Part shown: in pieces, positions 39,706-48,712 of the stretch | Layout of the letters: every line of letters starts with the position of its first letter | How positions within the stretch are numbered: the first letter of the stretch is position 1 | From: an uncultured Deinococcaceae bacterium | GTDB taxonomy: Bacteria; Deinococcota; Deinococci; Deinococcales; Deinococcaceae | Direction: 5' to 3' | Assembly: GCA_964252075.1 (NCBI GenBank) | Contig: CAXULY010000033.1 | Location: forward strand, 1-62,112 | DNA length: 62,112 nt | Made by a program: the position numbers and the translations under genes | Notes under the pieces: generated by a model | What the model was told of the DNA's origin: nothing | Databases searched by the model: none | The model's input: only the letters and a program-made list of their open reading frames with translations

Positions 39706-40860
39706 GTGGAGGCCGAGGCGCTGCTCGCCCGCCAGTTCGCACTGCGGGCCGGGGACCTGAGCGCGGAACTGCGGCGGCTGGGCGTGCGGGTGTCGCCCGC
39801 GCAGACCGCGACTTTCGTGCAGGCGCTCGCCGCGCTGGGCCTGGGCTCGCCCGAGGTGGCGCTGGCGGCGGCGCGCGCCACCCTCACCTCCACCGTGGGC
39901 GACGAGGGGGCGCTGCGCCTCGCCTTCGCCCGGGTCTTCGGCGGCCCGCAGCCCCCCTTCGAGCCGCCGCCCCCGAAACCGCCGCGCACCCCGCCGCCCG
40001 CCCAGGCCGCCTGGACCGAAGCGCTCCGCGCGCGCGTGGCGGGCGAGCCGCAGCCGCTCTCGGACCGCGCGGGCAGCGCGAGCGCGCAGGAGGCGCTGCG
40101 CCAGCGGCGCTTCGAGGCCATGACGGACGCCGAACTGCGGGAGGCGGCGCGCATCGTGGCGGGCCTCGCGTGGCGCCTCCCACAGCGCCGCACCCGCAGG
40201 CGCGAGGCGCGCGGGCGCGGCCCGGTGGACCTGCGCGCCACCCTGCGCCGCGCCCGCAGCACCGGCGGCGAACCCCTCGCCCTGGTCCGCACGCGCCCCC
40301 GACTGCGGCCCCGGCCCCTCACGCTGCTGCTGGACGTGAGCGGCAGCATGGAGCGCTACGCGCGCGTGCTGGTGGTCCTCGCGCACGCCCTCGCGCAGAC
40401 CGGCGCGCGCGAGGAGCGCCGCCGCGTGGAGGTCTTCACCTTCGGCACGCGCCTCACGCGCGTCACCCGGGCGCTGACCGCCCGCACGCCGGACGCTGCG
40501 CTCGCCGCCGTGTCGCGCGCGGTCGCGGACTGGTCGGGCGGCACCCGCATCGGCGCGAGCCTGCGCGAGCTGCAGCGCGACCACGCCCCCGCCCTCTCCG
40601 GCGGCGCGCTCGTCCTGATTGTCAGCGACGGCCTCGACACTGGCGACCCCGCCCTGCTCTCCGCCGAACTCGCGCGCCTGCGCCGCCGCGCGCACCGCCT
40701 CATCTGGCTGAACCCGCTGGCGGACTCGCGCGGTTACGCCCCCATCCAGGCGGGCATGCGCGCGGCCCTCCCGCACCTCGACCACTTCCTCGCGGGCGGC
40801 AGCATCGCCAGCCTGGATGGCCTCGTGGACCTCCTGAACACCCTCACGCCGGGACGTTAG
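39706..40860 (+). CDS. vWA-domain CoxE-like protein
   Basis: LDVSGSMERY, FGTRLT, WSGGTRIG, SDGLDTG, IWLNPL. Confidence 0.9.
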   Translation: MEAEALLARQFALRAGDLSAELRRLGVRVSPAQTATFVQALAALGLGSPEVALAAARATLTSTVGDEGALRLAFARVFGGPQPPFEPPPPKPPRTPPPAQAAWTEALRARVAGEPQPLSDRAGSASAQEALRQRRFEAMTDAELREAARIVAGLAWRLPQRRTRRREARGRGPVDLRATLRRARSTGGEPLALVRTRPRLRPRPLTLLLDVSGSMERYARVLVVLAHALAQTGAREERRRVEVFTFGTRLTRVTRALTARTPDAALAAVSRAVADWSGGTRIGASLRELQRDHAPALSGGALVLIVSDGLDTGDPALLSAELARLRRRAHRLIWLNPLADSRGYAPIQAGMRAALPHLDHFLAGGSIASLDGLVDLLNTLTPGR

Positions 40861-40902
40861 GTGGGCTCGCAGGGACGACCTGGGCGCGCCCGCAAGTGCG
40901 GC

Positions 40903-41583
40903 TCACTTGATGAGCCCCGCCACGACGTTGATGGTGAACGCCACGATCACCGTCCCGAACAGGAAGGACAGCAGCGCGTGCCGCAGCAGGGCGCGCCGGA
41001 TGCGCTTCTGCGTGATGTCCGTGTCCGACACCTGGTACGTCATGCCGACCGTGAAGGACAGGTACGCGAAATCCCGGTAATCGGGGTGCTCGCCTTCCGG
41101 GTCGTGCTCGTCCTTCGGGAAGTTCACGCCGCCCACCGGGTCCGCGTGGTACAGCCGCGCGTAATGCAGGGTCCACTCCGTGTGAATGACCAGCCACGAC
41201 AGCACCACGCTCAGCACCGCAACGCCCGTCAGCACGGTGCTGAGCGTCTCACGGCCGGCATTCTCCAGCTGCTGCGCGTCGGAGAGCGCGAAGCCCGTCC
41301 CGATCAGGCTCGCGACGCTCCCCAGCAGCACCAGCAGGCTGGACACCACGCGGCTGTCGTCCTCGCGCGTGGCGAGCCGCTGCGTTTCCTTGCCATCCAC
41401 CCGCATGATCATCAGCCACACCCACGCCAGGAACACCAGCGCGGTGGCGGACCACCCGCACAGCAGCCGCAGCGTGAGGGGCAGGTGCTGGCCCGGCAGG
41501 AGCAGCGCGACCAGCGCGCCCACCAGCAGTGCGAGCAGCAGCCGGATGGCGGCGGGGGCCTCACGACTCAGCAGGTGACGCAT
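40903..41583 (-). CDS. DUF1345 membrane protein
   Basis: LHYARLY, PDYRDFAY.SFTVGMTYQVSDT. Confidence 0.9.
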   Translation of the reverse strand: MRHLLSREAPAAIRLLLALLVGALVALLLPGQHLPLTLRLLCGWSATALVFLAWVWLMIMRVDGKETQRLATREDDSRVVSSLLVLLGSVASLIGTGFALSDAQQLENAGRETLSTVLTGVAVLSVVLSWLVIHTEWTLHYARLYHADPVGGVNFPKDEHDPEGEHPDYRDFAYLSFTVGMTYQVSDTDITQKRIRRALLRHALLSFLFGTVIVAFTINVVAGLIK

Positions 41584-41649
41584 CGCGCCCAGCTTAGCCC
41601 GCCCGCACGGTCCTGCGCACGTGCGCGGGGAGGCGGTAGGATGAGCGGC

Positions 41650-41907
41650 ATGACGGATCAAGACGCCTTCGCGCGCGCCGCGCAAGACGCCCAGGCCCTG
41701 CCGAGCGCGCCCGACAACCAGACGCTCCTGACCCTGTACGCGCTGTACAAGCAGGCCACGGTGGGCGACGTGACGGGCGAGCGGCCCGGCGGTTTCGACT
41801 TCCGGGGCGCCGCGAAGCACGACGCGTGGGCGCGCCAGCGCGGGCAGAGCCGCGAGGACGCCCAGCGCGCGTACGTGGCGCTCGTCGAGCGCCTCAAGCA
41901 GGCCTGA
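41650..41907 (+). CDS. Acyl-CoA-binding protein
   Basis: PDNQTLLTLYALYKQAT.GD, AKHDAW, AQRAYV; leaderless (TAGGAT). Confidence 0.92.
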   Translation: MTDQDAFARAAQDAQALPSAPDNQTLLTLYALYKQATVGDVTGERPGGFDFRGAAKHDAWARQRGQSREDAQRAYVALVERLKQA

Positions 41908-41914
41908 GGCGCCC

Positions 41915-42682
41915 TTGACCGCGCCGCCCGACCCGTCCGAAAGCAGCGTGGACCTGGAGGTCGCGAAGTCCCGCATGCGCGAACTCGCCCGCGCCTACGC
42001 CGCGCAGCACCCGCCCACCGACCCCCTCACGCTGGTGGAGGGCCTCGGCGTGCGCCTGGAGTACCTGGACATGGGGGACCGCGACGGCGCGCTCGATCCG
42101 GAGCACGGCCTGATCCTCGTGAACAAGCGCCACGGCGCGGAACGCCAGCGCTTCACCCTCGCGCACGAGGTGAGTCACGCCCTGCTGCATGGTGATGACG
42201 ACCTGCTCTCCAGCATCCACGACGCCTACGAGGGGGACCGCCTGGAGGCCGTCATCGAGACCCTGTGCAACGTGGGCGCGGCGGCCATCCTGATCTCGGA
42301 GGCGCAACTGCGGGAGGTGATCGAGCGTTTCGGCGCGACGGGGCAGGCCCTCGCGGAACTCGCGCGGCGCGCGGACGTGTCCGCCAGCACCGCCATGTAC
42401 GCCCTCACGGAGGCCCTCACCATTCCCGTGATTTTCGTGGTGACGGTCGCCGCGAAGAAGAAACTCAGCGTGCGTGCCAGCGCCAGCACCTCCAGTGTGA
42501 AGTACAGCCTGCGGCCCGGCACGCCCATCCCCGAGGGGCACCCGGTCGAGACCGCGTACTCCACGGGCCTCATCATTGAGGAGCGCAGCTTCGTGCCGTT
42601 CCGGAGCGGCCGCAAGATGCCCGCCCTGGTGAACGCCTTCCCGCAGGCGGGCCGCGTCATGGCGAGCTTCCAGCTGGACTGA
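41915..42682 (+). CDS. irrE: IrrE/PprI radiation-response metalloprotease
   Basis: AKSRMRELA, RDGA.DPEH, RQRFTLAHEVSHALL, IETLCNVGAAAIL, VPFRSGRKMPA; ACBP-irrE-folP synteny. Confidence 0.92.
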   Translation: MTAPPDPSESSVDLEVAKSRMRELARAYAAQHPPTDPLTLVEGLGVRLEYLDMGDRDGALDPEHGLILVNKRHGAERQRFTLAHEVSHALLHGDDDLLSSIHDAYEGDRLEAVIETLCNVGAAAILISEAQLREVIERFGATGQALAELARRADVSASTAMYALTEALTIPVIFVVTVAAKKKLSVRASASTSSVKYSLRPGTPIPEGHPVETAYSTGLIIEERSFVPFRSGRKMPALVNAFPQAGRVMASFQLD

Positions 42683-43542
42683 TGCGAGGGCACGAGCTCA
42701 CCTTCCGGTTCCCCGTGCCGGGCGCCGAGCGCACCCCGGACGGCTGGCGCCTCGCGTGGTCCGGCTGCGCGGTGATGGGCGTCGTGAACGTCACGCCGGA
42801 CAGCTTCAGCGACGGGGGGCGCCACGCGGGAACCGCGGCGGCCGTCGCGCACGCGCGCGCCCTGTGGTCGGCGGGCGCGCTGTTCGTGGACGTGGGCGGC
42901 GAGAGCACCCGGCCCGGCGCGGCGCCCGTCCCGGAAGCCGAGGAGCTCGCGCGCGTGCTGCCCGTCGTGCGCGCCCTGGCCGCAGAGGGCGTGCGCGTCA
43001 GCGTGGACACCCTGAAGCCCGCCGTGGCGAACGCCGCGCTGGAGGCGGGTGCCGTCCTCGTGAACGACGTGGGCGGCCTCACGGACCCTACGATGCAGCG
43101 GGTGTGCGCGGAGCGCGGCGCGCCGGCGTGCGTGATGCACATGCAGGGCGAGCCGCGCACCATGCAGCAGCACCCCGTGTACAACGACGTGGTCGCGGAG
43201 GTCTTCGGCTTCCTGCGCGAGCGCGCGGCGCAGGCGCGCGCGGCGGGCGTGCCCGGCGTGCTGCTCGACCCCGGCATTGGTTTTGGCAAGACGCTGGAGC
43301 ACAACCTCAGCCTGCTGCGCGCCCTGCCGGAACTCACGGCGGGCCCCGAGCCCGTGCTGGTCGGGGCGAGCCGCAAGCGCTTCATCGGCACGCTCGGCGG
43401 GGAGGCGGAGGCCGCGCGGCGCGACCCCGGCAGCATCGCCGTGCACCTGCACGCCGCCACGTCTGGCGCGGCGATGGTGCGCGCGCACGACGTGGCGGGC
43501 CACGTGCAGGCCCTCAGGGTGTGGGCGGCACTGGAAGGGTAA
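42682..43542 (+). CDS. folP: Dihydropteroate synthase
   Basis: NVTPDSFSDGG, GGESTRPG, DPGIGFGK, SRKRF, RAHDV. Confidence 0.96.
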   Translation: MRGHELTFRFPVPGAERTPDGWRLAWSGCAVMGVVNVTPDSFSDGGRHAGTAAAVAHARALWSAGALFVDVGGESTRPGAAPVPEAEELARVLPVVRALAAEGVRVSVDTLKPAVANAALEAGAVLVNDVGGLTDPTMQRVCAERGAPACVMHMQGEPRTMQQHPVYNDVVAEVFGFLRERAAQARAAGVPGVLLDPGIGFGKTLEHNLSLLRALPELTAGPEPVLVGASRKRFIGTLGGEAEAARRDPGSIAVHLHAATSGAAMVRAHDVAGHVQALRVWAALEG

Positions 43543-43547
43543 AAGGA

Positions 43548-43570
43548 CGCGGCCCCAGGGTGGGGCCGCG
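43548..43570. terminator. Hairpin between convergent folP and lepB
   Basis: CGCGGCCCCA-GGG-TGGGGCCGCG. Confidence 0.6.
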
Positions 43571-43575
43571 AAGGT

Positions 43576-44379
43576 TTACTGGCTGGCGCTGGGAATCTCG
43601 CTGAAGCCGGGCGGCCGGGTGAGCCAGCGCAGGTTCAACTGCGTGGGGCCGCTGTACGTGAAGGAGTTCGGGCCGGGGTCGCCGGCGTTGCAGTCGAACT
43701 TCGCGTTCTCCTGCCGCACGATGGGCCAGATGACGGCGGCGGCGCGGCCCGCGATGTCGCGCAGCGCGACCGGTCCGAACAGGCGGGAGTCCTCACTGCC
43801 CTGCGCGGTGCGGTTGTCACCCATCACGAAGTAATGCCCGGCGGGCACCGTGATCTCCTGCTGCTGCTTCAGGAACCCGGCGTCGGGACTCTGGATGTTG
43901 TTCGCGAGGCTGCTCTGCGTGTCCCAGCAGCCCTGCGCCTGCCAGTAGTCCGTGGTGAAGCCCTGGTTGAGGGGCACGCCGTTCACGGTGACCTTGCCCG
44001 CCGAGATGCTGATCTTGTCGCCCGGCAGGCCAATCAGGCGCTTGATCAGGAAGGGACGGTAATTCCAGAGGCCCGCGAAGCTCCTGAACTGCCCCGGGCT
44101 CGCCTTCGCGAACGCGGTGGGCGGCTTGAAGATCACGATGTCGCCCCGGTGGAAGTTCCCGATGCCGATCTTGTGCAGCCACGGCTCCCACTTGGGCACC
44201 AGCACCCGCTCGTGGTTGCGCAGGCTGGGCATCATGCTGGTGCCGTCCACGCCCACCAGCGTCCCGATGAACTGCGTGACCAGCACCGCGAACACGATGG
44301 GCTCCAGCAGTTCGCGCCACAGGCGCTGCCAGAAGGAAGGGGTCGGCTTGGGGGCCGGGCCGATGGTGGGGTCGCTCAT
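43576..44379 (-). CDS. lepB: Signal peptidase I
   Basis: [36 protein letters not shown]. Confidence 0.95.
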   Translation of the reverse strand: MSDPTIGPAPKPTPSFWQRLWRELLEPIVFAVLVTQFIGTLVGVDGTSMMPSLRNHERVLVPKWEPWLHKIGIGNFHRGDIVIFKPPTAFAKASPGQFRSFAGLWNYRPFLIKRLIGLPGDKISISAGKVTVNGVPLNQGFTTDYWQAQGCWDTQSSLANNIQSPDAGFLKQQQEITVPAGHYFVMGDNRTAQGSEDSRLFGPVALRDIAGRAAAVIWPIVRQENAKFDCNAGDPGPNSFTYSGPTQLNLRWLTRPPGFSEIPSASQ

Positions 44380-45218
44380 GCTTCGGGCAGCATAGCGTGT
44401 CCATCTGAAGCCCGGCCGACCCCGAACAGGGCGTGCAGCCGGGGCAGCTGCGCCTGCACGGCCTGCTCGCCGCGCGCGGCGGCCTCCAGCGCGCGCCCGA
44501 AGCTGGAGAGCTCGATGCCCGTCAGGGTGGGTTGCAGCAGCACGTCCGCGCGGTACAGGCTGAGGCGCGCGTCCGTGAGCTGCGCCTGCATGATGTCCAC
44601 GGCGCGCCGCAGGGCCGCGACGGAGCCGAGGTGCGCTTCGCGCTGCCGCGACAGGAACAGCCGGCGCTGCGGCACCTCGAGCGGCGCGGGCGCCGTGACG
44701 TCCACCGCCAGCACGCGCGTGGCGCCCAGGAACAGCGCGGCGTCCACGGGCACCTGGTTCAGCACGCCGCCGTCCGCGAGCAGCAGGCCGTTCATGGGCA
44801 CCGGGTCAATGGCGCCCGGGTAGGCGGTGGTGGCGCGCAGGGCGGGCAGCAGCGGGCCGCTGCGCAGGTACACGGCGCGACCGCTCAGGACGTCCGTGGC
44901 CGTCACGATCAGCGGGGTGGGGAGCTCCTCGAAGGTGGCGGGCAGGTACCGGCCCAGCCAGTGCTCCAGGCTCGCGCCGCGCAGCAGGCCCGTGCCGGGG
45001 CGCAGGTCCAGCAGGTTGCGCCACGGCACGCTCCGCGCGATGCCCAGCATGTCCTCGGGGGTGTGTCCGGCCGCGAGGAAGGCGCCGATCAGGCCGCCCA
45101 TGCTGGTGCCCGCAATGAGCTGCGGGCGCAGGCCCTCCCGCTGCAGCACCTTTGCGACGCCGATGTGGGCGAAGCCGCGCGCGCCCCCACCGCCCAGAAC
45201 CAGGCCGAAGATGCTCAT
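44376..45218 (-). CDS. Patatin-like phospholipase
   Basis: GGGGARG, GTSMG, DGG; leaderless (TACAAT). Confidence 0.93.
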   Translation of the reverse strand: MSIFGLVLGGGGARGFAHIGVAKVLQREGLRPQLIAGTSMGGLIGAFLAAGHTPEDMLGIARSVPWRNLLDLRPGTGLLRGASLEHWLGRYLPATFEELPTPLIVTATDVLSGRAVYLRSGPLLPALRATTAYPGAIDPVPMNGLLLADGGVLNQVPVDAALFLGATRVLAVDVTAPAPLEVPQRRLFLSRQREAHLGSVAALRRAVDIMQAQLTDARLSLYRADVLLQPTLTGIELSSFGRALEAAARGEQAVQAQLPRLHALFGVGRASDGHAMLPEA

Positions 45219-45260
45219 GCGCCTCATTGTAAGGAGGGGTGCTGGTGTACGCTGAACGCG

Positions 45261-46001
45261 ATGCCGCTGGCCGGGACCCTCGTCGATGGGATGTACCGAC
45301 TCGTGCGTCCTGTGGGCCACGGGGCCAGCAGCGTGGTGTACTTCGCGGTGGGCACGGACGGCCAGCCGTACGCCGTCAAGATCTTCCCGCCGGAACTGTC
45401 GGGCCGTGCGGACCGTGAGCTGCGCACGGCGGGCGAACTGGAGCACCCGCGCATTGCGCGCGCGCTGTCCCGCACGGACGTGCAGGGGCGACCCAGTGTG
45501 GTGTCGCACTTCGCGCGGGGGCGCGTGCTGTTCGACCGCTTCGCGGGGCGCCCGGCGCTCTTGGGGGAGCGCAAGCCCTTCCTGCTCAGCATGGTGCACC
45601 TGCTGGACGCGCTCGCGTTCATGCACGGGCGGGGCCTCGTGCACCGCGACGTGAAGCCGGAGAACATCATCGTGGATGCGGACGGCAGCGCAAAGCTCGT
45701 GGATTTCGACTTGTCCGGGCCGACGCGCGAGGTGTTTCAGGAGCCGGTGCGGGTGGGCACGCTGGCCTTCCAGTCACCGGAGGCGTCGCGCGCGGAGCCG
45801 CTGTCCGAGGAGAGCGACCTGTACGGCGTGGGCCTACTGCTGTACTGGGGCCTGCACGGTGAGGTGCCGGACCCGGGCGGCTACCTGCACGCCAGCGGGG
45901 ACCGCCTGGAGCCCCTGCGCGCCGCGCTGATGCACGAGGACCGCTCGCGGCGGCTCGCCAGCGCGGCCGAGGCGCGCAGCTGGCTCCTCTCACTCGCCTG
46001 A
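45261..46001 (+). CDS. Hanks-type Ser/Thr protein kinase (catalytic domain only)
   Basis: [28 protein letters not shown]; leaderless (TACGCT). Confidence 0.9.
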   Translation: MPLAGTLVDGMYRLVRPVGHGASSVVYFAVGTDGQPYAVKIFPPELSGRADRELRTAGELEHPRIARALSRTDVQGRPSVVSHFARGRVLFDRFAGRPALLGERKPFLLSMVHLLDALAFMHGRGLVHRDVKPENIIVDADGSAKLVDFDLSGPTREVFQEPVRVGTLAFQSPEASRAEPLSEESDLYGVGLLLYWGLHGEVPDPGGYLHASGDRLEPLRAALMHEDRSRRLASAAEARSWLLSLA

Positions 46002-46195
46002 CCGAATCAACAGCGCGCACGACGTCCGGCCTCGTGGCAGGCCAGACGTTTCATTTGGTCAAGGGGCGGCGCCACAGAGTGCACGGTGTGCAAAAATTTG
46101 AAAACGCTGTGCTGTCCTGTGTTGGTATTACTGCCTATCCCCGCTATCCATCTGCGGAACGTTCGCTGTCTTCTGGACAAATGACCAAGTTTGCG

Positions 46196-46224
46196 TTGAC
46201 AAGACGTTAAGGCGCCAGTACCTT
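46196..46224 (+). promoter_or_regulatory. Sigma-A promoter of glnK-amtB
   Basis: TTGACA-17 bp-TACCTT. Confidence 0.75.
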
Positions 46225-46287
46225 TGGTGCATCAGGGTGGCGACCGGGACGCGAGGCGGCTGGGGTTCCTGATTCGAGGAGGGTGGC

Positions 46288-46674
46288 GTGAAGCTGATCA
46301 CGGCAATCGTTCGGCCCGAAAGGGTCCAGCAGGTCAAGGAGGCGCTCTTCCAGGCGGGGATCAGCGGCATCACGCTGGCCCGCGTGAGCGGCCACGGTGG
46401 TGAGCAGGAAGTCATCGAGCACTACCGCGGCACGCGCGTCATGGTGGAATTCCGCGACAAGGTGGAGGTCACCATGGCGGTCAGCGAGCCCTTCGTGGAC
46501 GTCGCCATCCAGGCGATCCTCACGAGCGCCCGCACGGGCGAGGTCGGGGACGGCAAGATCTTCGTGCAGCCGCTGGAACGTGTGATTCGCATCCGCACGG
46601 GCGAGCAGGACATCGACGCCCTCACGCCCGTCACCGAGACCAAGCGCAACCCGCCCGTCGGCACGGGCGGCTGA
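46288..46674 (+). CDS. glnK: P-II nitrogen regulatory protein
   Basis: MKLITAIVRP, TGEVGDGKIF, IRIRTGE; upstream of amtB. Confidence 0.95.
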   Translation: MKLITAIVRPERVQQVKEALFQAGISGITLARVSGHGGEQEVIEHYRGTRVMVEFRDKVEVTMAVSEPFVDVAIQAILTSARTGEVGDGKIFVQPLERVIRIRTGEQDIDALTPVTETKRNPPVGTGG

Positions 46675-46684
46675 GGAGAAGGCC

Positions 46685-48013
46685 ATGAAGCTGAAACTGA
46701 GAGGACTTTTTCCGCTCGCGGGCCTGCTGCTGCTTGGCAATGCCCTCGCCGCCGACCCAAAGCTCGACACGGGCGACACCGCCTGGATGATCGTCGCGTC
46801 CGCGCTCGTGATGCTCATGACGCCCGGCCTCGCCTTCTTCTACGGCGGCCTCTCGCGCGGCAAGAGCGTCCTGAACACCATGATGATGAGCTTCATTGCG
46901 CTGGGCGTCGTGAGCGTGGTGTGGGTCGTGATCGGGTACACGCTGGCCTTCGGCGCGGGCGGCAACGCCCTCTTCGGCGGCCTCGCGAACTTCGGCATGA
47001 ACGGCATGACGAACGCGCTGTCCGGCACCATCCCTAGCTACGTGTTCATGGTGTTCCAGCTGATGTTCGCGATCATCACGCCCGCCCTCATCTCGGGCTC
47101 GCTGGTGGACCGCATGAAGTTCGGGGCGTTCACGCTCTTCATCACGCTGTGGAGCCTGCTGATCTACTCGCCGCTCGCGCACTGGGTGTGGTCGAGTGAC
47201 GGCTGGCTCTTTAAGCTGGGCGCGCTGGACTTCGCGGGCGGCACGGTCGTGCACATCTCCAGCGGCGTCTCCGCGCTGGTCGCCGCGATGGTGCTGGGGC
47301 CGCGCCTCGCGAACACGCGCCGCACCGCCATCCCGCACAACGTGCCGTTCGTGCTGCTGGGCGCGGCGCTGCTGTGGTTCGGGTGGTTCGGTTTCAACGC
47401 GGGCAGCGCGCTCGCCGCGAACCAGGTCGCCGCGAGCGCCTTCGTCACCACGAACACCGCGACGGCCGCCGCCATGCTGATGTGGCTGCTGTGGGAAGTC
47501 ATCCGCGGGCAGAAACCCACTGCGGTGGGCGCCGCGACGGGCGCCGTGGTGGGACTCGTTGCCATCACGCCCGCCTGCGGGTTCGTGAGCCCCATGGCGA
47601 GCATCGTGATTGGGGTGCTGGGCGCCACCGCGAGCTTCTGGGTGGTGCAGCTCAAGAACCGCAACCGCACGGACGACGCCCTGGACGTGTTCGCCTGCCA
47701 CGGCGTGGGCGGCATCACGGGTGCGATCCTCACGGGCGTCTTCGCGACGAAGGCCATGAACCCCGCGGGCAGCGGCGTGGTGGACGGCAACTGGCACCAG
47801 CTGGGCGTGCAGGTGGTGGCGGTGCTCGCCACGGTGGTGTTCGCGGGCGTCGGCAGCTTCATCCTGCTGAAGGTCATTCAGGCGGTGATGGGCCTGCGCA
47901 TCACCGAGCGTCAGGAGACCGTCGGCATTGACCTCATCGCCCACGAGGAAGAGGGCTACACCGAATCCGAATCCCCGCTGTCTGCGCCCGTCATGCTCGG
48001 CAGCGACGACTGA
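46685..48013 (+). CDS. amtB: Ammonium transporter
   Basis: GDTAW, PGLAFFYGG, DFAGGTVVH, WFGWFGFNAGS, DDALDVF..HG. Confidence 0.97.
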   Translation: MKLKLRGLFPLAGLLLLGNALAADPKLDTGDTAWMIVASALVMLMTPGLAFFYGGLSRGKSVLNTMMMSFIALGVVSVVWVVIGYTLAFGAGGNALFGGLANFGMNGMTNALSGTIPSYVFMVFQLMFAIITPALISGSLVDRMKFGAFTLFITLWSLLIYSPLAHWVWSSDGWLFKLGALDFAGGTVVHISSGVSALVAAMVLGPRLANTRRTAIPHNVPFVLLGAALLWFGWFGFNAGSALAANQVAASAFVTTNTATAAAMLMWLLWEVIRGQKPTAVGAATGAVVGLVAITPACGFVSPMASIVIGVLGATASFWVVQLKNRNRTDDALDVFACHGVGGITGAILTGVFATKAMNPAGSGVVDGNWHQLGVQVVAVLATVVFAGVGSFILLKVIQAVMGLRITERQETVGIDLIAHEEEGYTESESPLSAPVMLGSDD

Positions 48014-48124
48014 AGTGCTTCACCGTGTGTCCGCGCCCCCTGGGGTTGTGAATCCGCCTTCCGCGCGAAAGAGAGGTGCCGTCCGCCACCCGCCCACCTG
48101 ACCCTCCTTGAAGTGAGCGTACCG

Positions 48125-48160
48125 AGCAGCGTCCCGCCCGAAATCGGGCGGGACGCTGCT
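48125..48160 (+). terminator. Hairpin about 110 nt after amtB
   Basis: AGCAGCGTCCCGCCCGA / TCGGGCGGGACGCTGCT, 17-bp inverted repeat. Confidence 0.7.
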
Positions 48161-48240
48161 GTGGGCTGGGCGTCAACCGGTGCCCATGCCGCTTTCACGT
48201 GGCCTTCAGGGTGGTGTGAATTGTCGGGATGCTTGTCCTT

Positions 48241-48269
48241 TTGGCGCGGTTGGGGGCCTGTGGTACTAT
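48241..48269 (+). promoter_or_regulatory. Promoter of V/A-ATPase operon
   Basis: TTGGCG-17 bp-TACTAT with extended TG. Confidence 0.65.
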
Positions 48270-48394
48270 TGCCGCGAGCTTGACGACATACGCGGTCAGG
48301 CGTCGCAACCTGGATACGCGCGCACCTCTCCCGGCTTCGGGACTGAGGTGCCGTGAGTCACGAAGCAGTGTAGATACGGGAAAGGGGGAAGCAG

Positions 48395-48712
48395 TTGAGC
48401 GCCTCAAGTCGAATTCTGAGTGAACTCGCCGAGCAGGAACGTGCGCTCAGCGCTGAACTGGAGAGCGCCCGGCAGGAAGCTGCCCGGGTCATTGAGGCGG
48501 CCAGGCAGGAAGCCAGCCGCATCCTTCAGGAAGCGCAGGAGAAGGCCGCCGAGATGGCGCGCGAGAACGCGCGTCGGCTGGCCGACGAGCAGGGCCGCAT
48601 CCGCGAGACGGAACGCAGCAGCGCCCAGACCAGCGTGCAGAGCGAGCTGGGCGGCGCGCAGGGTCGCCTCGGGCAGGCCGTGGACCTGATCGTGAAGGCG
48701 GTGCTGCCTTGA
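48395..48712 (+). CDS. V/A-type ATP synthase subunit G (peripheral stalk)
   Basis: Coiled coil, ends IVKAVLP; first gene of operon; TTG start. Confidence 0.85.
   Translation: MSASSRILSELAEQERALSAELESARQEAARVIEAARQEASRILQEAQEKAAEMARENARRLADEQGRIRETERSSAQTSVQSELGGAQGRLGQAVDLIVKAVLP

Noticed and set aside
41584..41915. RDRM (DdrO box) near irrE or elsewhere
   Set aside because: No convincing 17-bp TTAYG..CGTAA-type palindrome found by eye; a PWM scan would be needed.
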